DNA of 64,000 nucleotides from Amphiscolops sp. MND2022 (lineage: Eukaryota). The stretch is taken from assembly GCA_964187785.1 (NCBI GenBank), contig OZ076409.1, forward strand, positions 20,648,001 to 20,712,000. The letters run 5' to 3'. The stretch's first letter is position 1; the number at the start of each line of letters is the position of its first letter. The position numbers and the translations under genes were made by a program. Shown here piece after piece: positions 1 to 12,362 of the stretch. Under the pieces are notes generated by a model. That model was given only the letters and a program-made list of their open reading frames with translations, ran no database searches and had not been told where the DNA came from.

Positions 1-1420
1 GTAGTTAATAGTGCGCTTTCAATCTCGTGAGCGTTCGCGCGCTGGTAGTTTCTTTTACTTTTAGCTGGTAGGTAGTAAGACGCTTTTCTAGTGTGTGAGT
101 CCTCTGTAAAAGTTAGCAGGACGATGGGAACTTTTATCGTTTTACCATCATCGATTTCACGTTCGCTGGTATTCATTCCACAATGAGAAGCTGATGAAAC
201 GCTGAAATGAATACACGACAGTCGCTTGACGCTTCGCTGGCTGTCGAGCTACATTTTTCATCGTTATTTCTCTGTTATTTCAATTTTATGTTTTCCTCGT
301 TTGTGGCATGTTTTCTGCATGGAATTGTTTCCTGTTTACCAACTTTCAATGCAGAATATTGATTAAAGAGGCTCATATAAAAATAAATAGATAGCTCAGA
401 TTCAGAGGAGAAAAGGATTACAATTAAGTAACAAAGAGTTGTCCAAAACCATGTGTTTCAATAGACAACTCCATAATGCCCATAGATAAGTATGGTTGAC
501 ACAAAATGTTCACTATTTATGTAATAGAACTGTATTTCGATCATGCTGGAGATATTTTGTCTGGGGCTATTCTGTTCCGGGTGCTTTTGTCTGAGGCCTG
601 GGGTGCTTTTCATGGTGGCGATTTGGTCTTAGGCATTTTTGCCTGTACACGCAAATGATGATATGACGTCATAGATCTCGTGTAAAGAACCAGATTGGAA
701 AAAAAATGTATCGATGCGATTCAACATACATTGCTCGACTTGTTGGGTTATACAAAAACGCTTGTATAAAAGATATTTTCCATTTCGATTTAAAAAAGAT
801 GTTCGAGTTTTAAATTTGTAGATTGTTGGTGGGATTATTCACAGAATCGTAGGATGTAGTTTAAGACGTTTGGATCAATGTGAAGGCTGATTCTGGTAGC
901 TAATGTGTTCGAACCATCGGCATGTTCCTGGCTTTATTTTACTTTGAAAGAAAGTAAATTTCCAAAAACTCTGCAACTTTTGATCAAAAACGAAGATGTC
1001 AATTTTCAAAAACACTCACAACTAGCTGGAAAGAAGTCAATGTTTTGTTTTACTATGGTGAAAAAAACTTCAGGTACATCGAGTAAAATAGCTTGAACAA
1101 AAGAGAAGCAAGTATTTATGCAATAACTCGACGAAATCAGAAAAACTGCTTGATTTTTACCAGTTTCATTACCGTATTGAAGGAATACACTTTCGAGAAC
1201 ATCTACTGCCTATCTCATTACTTTATTATTGACTTTAAATTCAGAGATGTCTATACAACACGATCACAAACAAACATGAAAACTATAGGAAGATAAACAG
1301 GAAATGGAAGGCGTTAAAGTCCGGAAAAGTGGACTTTAGAGTTTGGAGTAGAAACAAACCTAAAGTTTTTTAGTTTCCTTTTTTTGCCGAAAAACTGACG
1401 TTTTTGTGGTCGACTGGTAG

Positions 1421-1664
1421 TGTTATACGGTGCAATACCGTGTCCGAATTTATTCGGTTCATCAAGTGCCAATCAAAAACAGACTGTTGAACAACAAAGT
1501 ATAATTGTTCCTATTTTTGTTGATACATATTTATATATACATATGTATGTTAGATTAATCTTTTGGAACCATTGTTGCATAGAATTGATATAGAATATAG
1601 TTTGGCACAAAGATACTTTAGTACTGCAATTCATCTTTTTAATTTACCAAGTGGAAATACAACA
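1421..1664 (+). repeat. Gypsy-1 5' LTR
   Basis: TG...CA ends; I count 3 substitutions against the 3' copy. Confidence 0.95.
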
Positions 1665-1715
1665 TGGCGCACTCAGCAAACTAACTTATTTCAATTCTGA
1701 CGAAACAAAGAAACA

Positions 1716-4700
1716 ATGACACAAGAAGCAACACAACTCGAGGTACCGAACTTCGAAGCAACAACAGACGGAAAGAAAATCTTTACACCGAAACAATGGC
1801 TTGAACGATTCCGGCAATACACAAAACGGAAATACAAAACGGACATTGCGGAACTAATCCGGGGCGAAGAAATAACACAAACAGATTGGGCCACGAAAGA
1901 AAACCAGGTACAAGATGATTTTGTATGGGGTATTGGCCCAGAAGCTCTATACCAAATGACAAGAGCAGAATACAAGACCGAGCCGGACAAAATCGCAATC
2001 AAAGAATTAATTCGGTTATTCAACGAGTACTTCTTTCCGAAAAGAAATACATATCACAACCGGGGAGAATTCTTTTGGACCAAACAAATGAAGCCGAAAC
2101 ACCGGAGGACTTTTGGCGGAGATTAATAGAAATCGAAAAAGAATGCAATTTTGAGAGCATAACAGCCGAAGAACTACTCATCTCCAAATTCATGACCGCA
2201 ATTACGGACAAGAAACTCCGAGACAAATTAGTGAAAGAGAAGAAACTCGAGATGAAGAAAACTATAGAAATGATTAAACAGAATACATATGAAAAGAAAA
2301 ACAACAAAAACACAATACCGGAAGCATTGATATCAAACCGAGAAAAAGAAATCAAAGAAGAACCAATACAGAGAATGGAAAAATTCAACACACGACCGAG
2401 AAATAAATTCAACAACAACAGACCATGCAGATTCTGCAATGCACCGAACTGGAATCAATCTCACAAATGCCCAGCTTTAGATCAGACATGCAATAACTGC
2501 GGAAAGAAGGGCCACTTTGCCCGGGCATGCAGACAAAAAGAAAACTACAAACGCAAAATACGGAATGTAACCGAGAACGAAAACTCAACAATTGGCGAAG
2601 AAAGCGACGAATCAGAATCAAGTATTTATAGAATTGAAAGAATAAACAGAATTGTGGACAAAAACAATTACCTAACAACAACAGTGAATATCAACGGAAC
2701 GGAGAAAGAATTTATAATAGATACCGGATCACCAATATCGATAATGCCGGTGGACAGAACAACAATGAAAGACACCGAAATTCAAAAAGTGAGACACCGA
2801 TATCAAGATGTAAACAAGAACGAAGTAAAATTCCGGGGAAAGATACCGGTAGACGTCGAATACGAGAACAACAAACAAAAGATGCAATTACTAATTACCG
2901 AACGAAATGACATAACACCATTACTCGGAATGGACTGGCTAAAGAAATTCAAATTAACAATCGGTAACATCCGATTGGACGACAACAACCAATCAGAAAA
3001 GACGCAGATCGTAGAGAAATTTCCGGACTTGTTCAAGAACAACACAACCATAAAAGATGCTGAAATCAACATACAATTGAAACCGGGACATTATCCGGTA
3101 AAACAAAAAACAAGACCAGTTCTTCTTCATCTACAAGAAGCAGTCGGAAAAGATATTGAAAGACTAACGAAATCCGGACACTTAGAAAGAGTAAAACAAG
3201 TAGATGAAGATTGTTTTGTGTCACCGGTAGTAATAACTGTGAAAAACGACAAATCAGTAAAAATAGCCTTAGATTCACGAAAATTGAACGACAGCTGTAT
3301 CAAAGTCCGACCACACATGCCGAACATGGAAGAATTGTTAAATCAAATTTCGGTGGCGATAACGAAAGACCGAACGAAAAAACTAATGATGTCAAAGATA
3401 GACCTTGATTATGCATACGGTGAAATGATGTTATCAGAAGAAACAAGCAGACAATGTGTATTTGCAATTACCGGGGCAAATTTCTGCGGCTACTACCGAT
3501 TTAAAAAAAGATTTTACGGATTAGCCGATATACCCACAATTTTCCAGGAAAAAATTGACCGAACATTGGAATATTGCACACCCGAATGGTTAGACGACAT
3601 TATAGTAGTAACACGGGGAGACCGAAAAGACCACGAAAAGAAATTGTTCGATGTATTGAAGAAACTAGAAAACGCCGGATATAGAGCAAGTGAAAAAAAA
3701 TCCGAATTCTTCCAAAACAAAATTAAATGGCTCGGACACGAAATAGATGCAGACGGAATAAAACCGAACAAAGAAAAAACTAAAGCTATATTGGATTTGA
3801 AACACCCGGAAAACCCGAAACAATTGAAATCATTTTTGGGGCAATACAATACTTGGCAAAATTCTTACCGAGACTGTCAGAAAGAACCGACAAACTACGA
3901 AAATTACTGAAGAAAAATACCGAATGGAAATGGGAAACGGAACAACAAAAAGATTTCGAAATGATCAAGAAAATGCTAACCGAAGAACCGGCATTAGCAC
4001 ACTACGCAAAAGACAAAGATAATATAGTAACAACCGATGCGAGCAAAACCGGTCTCGCAATAACATTATGGCAAAAACAAGCAGATGGAGAAGTCAAACC
4101 GATAGCATTCGGTAGCCGATTTTTAAACGACAGTGAAAAGAATTATTCAATCGGAGAACTTGAACTATTAGCAGTTGTGTTGGGTCTAGAAAAATTCCGT
4201 TTTTACCTATACGGAAAAAAAGTGTTTCTATACACCGACCACCAAGCATTAGAACCCCTTATTAAACGGAACAGATGCAATAAACAATATAGCGCAAGAC
4301 TAACCAGATGGTTAGACCGGCTAGCTCACTTCGATATTTCAGTACAACATATCGCCGGTAGCAATTTGAAATTCACAGATTTCTTAGGCCGCAATCCGGT
4401 AGAGGACGCCACGACCGAAAACATGTATGATGAACAATACGTAATGAACATTCTTAATTCTTACCGAACAAGCCGAATTGAATTCAAAATACGGAAGAAT
4501 CTTTACGAACCAATCACAACAAACACCGAACAACAAAACGATGCGCGAGCGCAAATTGAACAACCAATCAGAAGCGAATAGAACATTCGAGAAGAAACGA
4601 CACGTGAACAAAATAAACGAACAAGCGGAAACCAGTCCAAACAATAACGCGATAAAGTTCAAACCTCAAAAAGAAGAATTACCATTACGTAATTTCCAAA

Positions 4701-4864
4701 CTTTACAAACACCACCAGCCGAAGAAATGGATCGAGATTATTTTCACTGGGGAGCGACAGCCGAAATCATGGAAATCATTAGAAGACGAGAGAAAAGCCC
4801 GGAGACAAGAAGATTAGTGGAAAGACGACTAGAAATGGCAAGACCGGGCATGATGAGAAGACGC
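1716..4864 (+). pseudogene. Gypsy-1 gag-pol 5' part (gag, protease, RT, RNase H), frameshifted
   Basis: Zinc knuckles CRFC..H.C and CNNCGKKGHFARAC; protease FIIDTGSP; RT KIDLDYAY and WLDDII; RNase H TTDAS, NYSIGELELLAV, YTDHQAL. Frameshifts near 2088, 3840 and 4460. Confidence 0.93.
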
Positions 4865-5816
4865 TGTTGGCGCCAGTCAATTGCGAGATCAGAAACTCAA
4901 ACTCGAACGTGACTGATGAAACTTATAACTCAAAACACTTAGAAACTTTATCAAGATTTAAGTTGGAAAAATACAAGTCTAAGCAAAAATGACCCTATGT
5001 AAAAAAACACCACCCCCCCCCGTCCCGGAAAACCACTGATTCAATCACCTTGAAACTTGGCAAACATATAGTGGTGGTGATACACTAACTTTTCACTCTT
5101 AACAACCTACCCCGTATCTCCCCTGGGTTCCGAGCAATTAACACCCAAAGTGACCTAGGTCGGACCCCCTGAAATCCCAATTTTGATATATTAATTATTA
5201 TGTGATTTTCTCATATGACCTTGAAGGAAATTCATCTCTGTTGAAATTAATGATATTTACATTGTGTAAACATACTTCCTAACCCACCTAACCAACATGC
5301 CAAAACCACCACATTCTTTGTTTACTTAGTCAATAACTTCATTTTATGCTTTAAATGTCATTTATTTATACAACATATTTCAACTGATATTTGCTTATAT
5401 TTACTGTAGAATTGTAAACCATATGTATACCATTATTAGATAGAGATTTTCTCCACTGTATAGCTATAGTCAAGTTGGGTCTCAGGACCGCGAGACTAAT
5501 TAATCTACTTCTCAATCTTCACAACTTTTCGCTAGAGTCAGAGCGACTAAGTAGCTACTCTCATAGTTGGAGAGCCGGAGCGCGTGAAGATACAGTGAGG
5601 GAAGTGTGTGCAGGATCACATCGGATCCAAATCAGTGCAAAGAGGAATCGCAGGAGATTCCACGGGTCACATCGGACCCGCCAGCCAAAAGATACAGTCC
5701 TTTAAAACAAGAAAACCAGGATTTGTTTAGTGACGGTCCACAGCACTAAGCAACGGATCAGGGCGGCGTAAAGCTTGTCAAGCCTCAGCGCAGGATAAGG
5801 GCAAGCAGCCGTTACA
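4865..5816 (+). repeat. BEL element 5' LTR (952 bp)
   Basis: TG...CA direct repeat of 9223-10172. Confidence 0.95.
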
Positions 5817-5818
5817 CT

Positions 5819-5967
5819 TGGTCCGCCGACCCGGACTACTCGTTGGTGGACGACCCGGACAACTCGTTGGTGGACGACCCGGACAACTCATTGGTCCGCC
5901 GACCCGGACAACTCGTTGGTGGACGACCCGGACTAGAAGAAGACGACTCGTTGGTAGACAACAGAAG
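5819..5967 (+). repeat. Tandem array of ~24-25-bp PBS-derived units
   Basis: Six units start with TGGT at 5819, 5844, 5868, 5892, 5917 and 5952. Two variants occur: TGGTCCGCCGACCCGGAC and TGGTGGACGACCCGGAC. Confidence 0.85.
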
Positions 5968-6004
5968 ATTGCCCAAGAACTGGGTCTTGGAGTATCTGAT
6001 TTCG

Positions 6005-6232
6005 TGTCTCTGGGAGATTGGGCTATTGTGACTCTGGGAGATTGGGCTATTGTGACTCTGGGAGATTGGGCTATTGTGACTCTGGGAGATTGGGCTACTG
6101 TGTCTCTGGGAGATTGGGCTACTGTGATTCTGTGAGCTTGGGCTATTGTGACTCTGGGGGTTTGGACTATAGTGACTCTGGAGTTGGGACTACTGTGTAC
6201 TCTGGGAGTTGGGCTTTAGCGGCACTCTGGAG
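6005..6232 (+). repeat. 24-bp minisatellite in the BEL leader
   Basis: About 9 copies of TGACTCTGGGAGATTGGGCTATTG, degenerating toward the 3' end. Confidence 0.9.
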
Positions 6233-6532
6233 GTGTTTGTGCATCAATTCTATTTTTGAGACGAATTGTATTCTTTGGGATCGTATTCCTGATTGAAGCA
6301 AAGATCTGGTCTAAGACGTCATTGCAAGTAAATCCACCAAGTAAAGCAAAGGGATCAAGTCAGAGGGACATGATCCACTGAAACAATCAAGTTCGTCAAC
6401 GAAGGCAAGTATAATCGACAGTATTGGGTTGATTCTTCAAGAATTGGCGATTGATTACCGGATTGAGCAGTTGACACTTTGTATCTGAGAAATTGCAAAG
6501 TTGGGAAAAGTGACAAAGCCTAGAAGAAACAA

Positions 6533-9274
6533 TTGCGAAGTTCGAAAGCCCTCATTGAAACAAAAGAGTCATATGAACAAATGAAAGCCAAAAAGAAAGA
6601 AAAGCAACTGATGCAGCACCCTCGAATGGCAATTGTGTTTGAAGGAAGAAACACAAAGCAGAGCCAACAACTGATGGAGCTCAGACCGAAAGATTTGGAA
6701 AATGCGTCAGATTGGTACGCGTGGTGCCTCTATTGGGATATTGTACCCCTACATGTGAAAAAGCTCCATACATTGGTAAAAGACTTGGATGACAAGCTCG
6801 ATGAGGAAGGAGCTGTTGTATCCAAAAGCAAATTGATTGATCGGGTAATTGAATACCGCGAGAGAAGACAGGCATTGCTGTTCTGTGTAGACTTTATGTT
6901 GAGTCTTACAAATGACGAAACGCAAAGACAGCTCAGCCGAAGTGTGACTGAATGGGACGAATGCTTTGCGAAACTGGAATCGAGTTGGGGATATTGGTTC
7001 CCCGATGTGCAGCAAATGTTGAAGTGTCCAATTGATGGGACAAAAGAGTTGAAATTGAGTCAGATGACAAATGGAACATCTGCAGACGCAGCTATGAGAT
7101 GCCCTCGCAAAAGAAAGTTGAGGCAAAGACCTGTCCATCAGGCAAAACCTAATTGTGTAAAGAAAACAGCTAGTGAAAAGGAATCACTGAAACGGTCAAG
7201 AAGGACCAATGACCAAGAAAGTTGCTGGGTGATGAGAGACAGCATATCAGAATTGGAAAACTCTATTAACGATGTGACATCACTACTCGAAGAAAACAGT
7301 AAGGTGTCTGACGTAACAATCCTGATGGACAACAGGCCAACAGTTAGCACGAAGTGGTCTAATGGAGATCGACTGTTTCCTCTAGCATTAGAGAAAGCGG
7401 AAGATCAGAAATCGGATGAAGTCCAAGGCCAAAGAAGCGAGACTGGACAATTGGAAATAGAGGAACTGGGCAAACATCCAAAACTGGTTGAAACCAGAAG
7501 CAACAGAAGCTCAGTGATTTTGAAAAGTTCAATTGATAGACGAGTTCTTTATTTGAAAGTAAAAGCTCAAAAAGAGCAAGAAGAACTGCAAATCCGACTC
7601 GAGAAACTGAAGCGTGAAGCAATACAAATGGAAATAGCTGACTTGCATGAACAGCTTGCCCGCAAAGCCAGAATAGCTGAAAAAGAAAGAGAAATAGCGG
7701 AAGTGTCGAGCAGTCAGGGGACTAGCTTCCCAAGTGTCTCATCAGTCGACAGTTTCACGGAAGACTCAAGATGCATGGCTGAGACAGAAACAGTCGAAGA
7801 CGGCGCTAAGTCCAATATTGCACTATCAGTTCATTTGAAATCAGAGAATGCAGTGAAATTAGTTCACGAAGGAAAATTCTCCGCGATTAGGAGAGACTCA
7901 AAACCTCCCACAGAAGTTGATCAGCAAGCTGATCGGAAAGACAGAACCGATGTTGATAACGGAACATGCAGACAAGGAGCAACATCACAACCAGACGTGA
8001 AAGTTGCAAACAAAGGAACCTCGAAGTTCCTCACAGCGGAATGCATACAGAACTGGTCAGAAACATTCATTGTAGACAACGGTCGGCAAGACGTCCGTTC
8101 AGAAACCCTCCTCGTGGATACCAAACAGGTTTTGGAAGAAGATATTCACTTGGGCATGAGTGAGCAATCAATAGTGCAAACAGAGGAGATCTTGAAGTAC
8201 ACCTTGACGGAAACAAGGAAAGAGCATAGAAACTCAGCATTCGCATCAAGCAAACAATCTTCGGAAGAATTGAATGTGAAATTGGAGTTGGTGCAAGAGA
8301 GTGCAGAAGTTTTCACCCTACAACAGGATGTACAGCAAGGGAAAATATTCGAAGTGACGATGTTTCATGACAGTACTCTACTTCTTGAAGAAGGAAAATG
8401 TTTTGAATTCAACAAAAGTTATGGATTTGTGCATGAGCAACAATTTGCACTGCTTGATGATTGTAGTGATGAAGCAATGTATCGAAAGCTATGCCATGTT
8501 GCAGCGAAACATGACAAACCCGTTGAATGCAATGCCAAAGGTGAAACACGTACCATGATTGCAACCTTTGGAAAGAAATTTGATTTTGACTTCAAAGTAA
8601 GCTTTGTAGAAGAAACTATCACGAGTAATAACAATGAGTGGAACCCTCGGATTGGTAATGGAAACTCTGGGATGGACGCGGTGGCACAGGCTAACGGCAT
8701 GGATAAAACTCAATTGAGCAAAGGCCACCGCAAGCGACCGAAGAAACGAGCTTGGAAGTTTGAACCTATCTCAATTCGATTACATGGAAGGAACGAAAGC
8801 GCTCAGTTGAATACAACTGGCATCCTATATGCAAAGATTGTGATAGATGAATTTGCAGATGAAATACCGCTAATGGAAACGCGATTGGGTTCTTCAAAAG
8901 CAACAACAAGTTCGGAAAATGGGCCTTTCATAGGGCCGGCTGTATCATGGGAAGAAATGATGATGCAACTTCAATTTTTTGGAAAATGGATTAAAGAAGA
9001 AGTTAGACAACTGGAAGTCAATGATTTGGTTTGGATAGTGGATGAGAACATAAAAAGAGCACTCTACAAGATGGGTAGAGTGTTGGAAGTCTACCATGGA
9101 AGCGATGGGCGAGTGAGATCAGCGCTGGTGAAAACTGAAGATGGAAAACTGAAACGACCAGTAGTGAAACTGGCACCCATGTTCTACGAAAGTGTTTTTC
9201 AGGAGAAAAACAGGGCCGGCAATGTTGGCGCCAGTCAATTGCGAGATCAGAAACTCAAACTCGAACGTGACTGA
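6533..9274 (+). CDS. Single ORF of the non-autonomous BEL element (913 codons; first ATG at 6581): Gag-like coiled coil plus BEL integrase C-terminal (DUF5641-like) domain
   Basis: Uninterrupted 2.7-kb frame. The C-terminus LEVNDLVWIVDE...GRVLEVYHGSDGRVRSALVKT...LKRPVVKL is the typical BEL/Pao Pol tail. No RT YxDD context or DDE core is visible. The stop codon lies inside the 3' LTR. Confidence 0.75.
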   Translation: MRSSKALIETKESYEQMKAKKKEKQLMQHPRMAIVFEGRNTKQSQQLMELRPKDLENASDWYAWCLYWDIVPLHVKKLHTLVKDLDDKLDEEGAVVSKSKLIDRVIEYRERRQALLFCVDFMLSLTNDETQRQLSRSVTEWDECFAKLESSWGYWFPDVQQMLKCPIDGTKELKLSQMTNGTSADAAMRCPRKRKLRQRPVHQAKPNCVKKTASEKESLKRSRRTNDQESCWVMRDSISELENSINDVTSLLEENSKVSDVTILMDNRPTVSTKWSNGDRLFPLALEKAEDQKSDEVQGQRSETGQLEIEELGKHPKLVETRSNRSSVILKSSIDRRVLYLKVKAQKEQEELQIRLEKLKREAIQMEIADLHEQLARKARIAEKEREIAEVSSSQGTSFPSVSSVDSFTEDSRCMAETETVEDGAKSNIALSVHLKSENAVKLVHEGKFSAIRRDSKPPTEVDQQADRKDRTDVDNGTCRQGATSQPDVKVANKGTSKFLTAECIQNWSETFIVDNGRQDVRSETLLVDTKQVLEEDIHLGMSEQSIVQTEEILKYTLTETRKEHRNSAFASSKQSSEELNVKLELVQESAEVFTLQQDVQQGKIFEVTMFHDSTLLLEEGKCFEFNKSYGFVHEQQFALLDDCSDEAMYRKLCHVAAKHDKPVECNAKGETRTMIATFGKKFDFDFKVSFVEETITSNNNEWNPRIGNGNSGMDAVAQANGMDKTQLSKGHRKRPKKRAWKFEPISIRLHGRNESAQLNTTGILYAKIVIDEFADEIPLMETRLGSSKATTSSENGPFIGPAVSWEEMMMQLQFFGKWIKEEVRQLEVNDLVWIVDENIKRALYKMGRVLEVYHGSDGRVRSALVKTEDGKLKRPVVKLAPMFYESVFQEKNRAGNVGASQLRDQKLKLERD

Positions 9275-10172
9275 TGAAACTTATAACTCAAAACACTTAC
9301 AAACTTTATCAAGATTTAAGTTGGAAAAATACAAGTCTAAGCAAAAATGACCCTATGTAAAAAAACACCACCCCCCCGTCCCGGAAAACCACTGATTCAA
9401 TCACCTTGAAACTTGGAACACATATAGTGGTGGTGATACACTAACTTTTCACTCTTAACAACCTACCCCGTATCTCCCCTGGGTTCCGAGCAATTAACAC
9501 CCAAAGTGACCTAGGTCGGACCCCCTGAAATCCCAATTTTGATATATTAATTATTATGTGATTTTCTCATATGACCTTGAAGGAAATTCATCTCTGTTGA
9601 AATTAATGATATTTACAGTGTGTAAACATACTTCCTAACCCATCTAACCAACATGCCAAAACCACCACATTCTTTGTTTACTTAGTCAATAACTTCATTT
9701 TATGCTTTAAATGTCATTTATTTATACAACATATTTCAACTGATATTTGCTTATATTTACTGTAGAATTGTAAACCATATGTATACCATTATTAGATAGA
9801 GATTTTCTCCACTGTATAGCTATAGTCAAGTTGGGTCTCAGGACCGCGAGACTAATTAATCTACTTCTCAATCTTCACAACTTTTCGCTAGAGTCAGAGC
9901 GACTAAGTAGCTACTCTCATAGTTGGAGAGCCGGAGCGCGTGAAGATACAGTGAGGGAAGTGTGTGCAGGATCACATCGGATCCAAATCAGTGCAAAGAG
10001 GAATCGCAGGAGATTCCACGGGTCACATCGGACCCGCCAGCCGAAAGATACAGTCCTTTAAAACAAGAAAACCAGGATTTGTTTAGTGACGGTCCACAGC
10101 ACTAAGCAACGGATCAGGGCGGCGTAAAGCTTGTCAAGCCTCAGCGCAGGATAAGGGCAAGCAGCCGTTACA
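9223..10172 (+). repeat. BEL element 3' LTR (950 bp)
   Basis: Direct repeat preceded by purine-rich AGGAGAAAAACAGGGCCGGCAA and followed by TSD GACGC. Confidence 0.95.
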
Positions 10173-10177
10173 GACGC

Positions 10178-12232
10178 TATGATTAAAATGCCCAAAGAAC
10201 AATCTGGGTTTCATCACGGCCAAATAAAAGAAGCCGAGAGGAGATATCTGAAATCGACGGAGAGCTCATACAACGAGCAAACAGATTGGGAGGAGGCTAT
10301 CAACCGATGCAAGTAGAGGAACAAATCCCGAATGAAATCCAAGCGGAAGAACAACCGACGGAAGACCGAACAAATTACTCGGAAAGTGAAGGCGAGAGCC
10401 AAGTCATACGCGGAGACAATCTACCAATCGTCGACCTGAAAAACTATAACACGGAAGGCAAAGAAGCTCACTATGTGCAGATCAACCAAATAATCGGAGC
10501 AATCACCGAAGGAAAGAAATTGTTGGCCGAAAAAAGAATTAAAAAAGCAGAAATGGACTTCACGATGGATTTGAAAAGCCTAATCGCAAAATCAGCAACG
10601 GACGCGGAATTGAACCGGATCAAACTGGCATTAAACAGGGAAGACCATGGCATGGCACCGGAAAACTACCGGCAATACTTCGAAAACATTTCATCAAAAT
10701 GGGGACTATACTTTCTGAATGACCGAATAATTGTACCAACCGAACTTCGGAAGAAACTACTGGACACATTACACTTCGGGCATGCGGGAACACCAGAATG
10801 ACAGCCGAAGCTAAAATCTTTTGGTGGCCAAATATCAACAAAGATATTGAAGACAAAGTAAAATTCTGCATAGCCTGCATGTCATCTGGTAAGAATTTAA
10901 AATACCAATTACCAAAAAACGAAAGCGGAAAATTAAAAACACTGACCGAACCGGGACAAGAAATTCAAATCGATTTTACCGGAAAATTACATAATAAAAA
11001 ATTGAACGGAGAGAACCAACTTTTAATTGCGGTAGACAGATTTAGCAAATGGCCAACCGTAAAAATCTGCAAAACCTCCGAATCAAAAGAAGTGGTTAAT
11101 TTCCTGAAACAAAATTTTAATTTATACGGACTACCGGAAAAAATCAAATCGGACAAAGGCGGAGCGTTTATTTCAAAAGACTACATTGAATTCTGCAAAT
11201 TGAAAAATATTGAGATTGAATATTGCACACCGAGAATACATACCGGTACGGGAGCAGTAGAGCGTGCAATACAAACCATAAAGAACTTAATACTGGCAAA
11301 TTTGGAAGATGAATTATGCTTGACCGAATGCGTTAATAGAACATTGAAAGTAATGCGGTTTACAATACACACCGGATTAAAATTAACACCATTTGAATTA
11401 CATCACGGTAAGAAACCACGAACCGAATTAACCAATCTGGTTAAAGACGGTAAATCCTTTCTCTCTGATTGGACCGAATTATCTGTTTTAGCTGAGAAAA
11501 AAACCAAAGATTCCAATCTATGTATCGAGAAACGAAGAGGGAGACGTAACCAACTACCTGGTAATGGCGAAAACTAAAGCCGAAGAAAAAGCGGTAGATA
11601 AACAACCGAAAAAGAAAAATTCGGTTAGTGAATTTCCCTTCAAATTTGTAGAGAAAAACTACAACAGAAAATCATTAGAAGGAAAATTTCAAACAAAAAT
11701 ACAAACCGCAATAAGCGGAACCGAACATACTATAACCACCGATTGTGAAAAAGTAATACACCGAAAACATATTTCGGGACCACTTGTATTTCAGACCGAA
11801 AAGAAGAAAGAACGGGCACCGCAAATCGGAGATAAAATCACGCCGAAAAACCGACACTGTCTCCGAGGCGTCGACGGAAAATACATTCAGTGGAATGAAA
11901 TACTCCGAGACATACTGAATGGCAAGTTAAAAATTATACAGAACCGAACGCGAAAATCGGAGTCGGAGTCGGAAAGTGAAGAAGGTGAAATAGATGAAGA
12001 AAGCGATTTCGAGATGGAGAATCCGGACACATCCGAAAGAAACGGGTATAAGCCAATCAACACAAACCCCGAAGATGAACTAAAACTACATACTGACGGT
12101 GAGATGCCCACCGGTGAGAATAAAAATAGTTATGTAGAAACCGAAAATTTATCTGTTAGAAGATCTAACCGAAAATGCATACAACCGATTAGATACGGGG
12201 GAGTGCGATATACCAAAAACTTCTGGGTGTAA
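10178..12232 (+). pseudogene. Gypsy-1 pol 3' part (linker, integrase, C-terminal extension), frameshifted
   Basis: Resumes after the BEL TSD. Integrase zinc finger LHFGHAG...FWWP...CIAC and core IQIDF...VDRFSKW...KSDKG...AVER. Confidence 0.92.
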
Positions 12233-12362
12233 CACATGTTTGTTTCAGGACCAAATCGAAGTAGCTTAATACCGGAATTGCCGAAGCCCGCTGATTTTGA
12301 AAGAGAAATGAGCCCGATGCCTGGATCATCGAGAATGTAGAAGAGAAGCCCAGAAGGGGGAA

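Larger units (their letters stand above)
4865..10172 (+). mobile_element. Non-autonomous BEL/Pao-type LTR retrotransposon nested in Gypsy-1
   Basis: LTRs TGTTGGCGCC...CCGTTACA at 4865-5816 and 9223-10172 (~99% identical). Perfect 5-bp TSD GACGC at 4860-4864 and 10173-10177. tRNA-Tyr-like PBS TGGTCCGCCGACCCGGA. The ORF ends in the BEL-type C-terminal domain. Confidence 0.93.

Noticed and set aside
5475..5705. Duplicated 76-aa ORF (also 9831-10061) and ORFs 14074/24630, 13624/24285
   Set aside because: Identity results from LTR duplication; no protein motifs.
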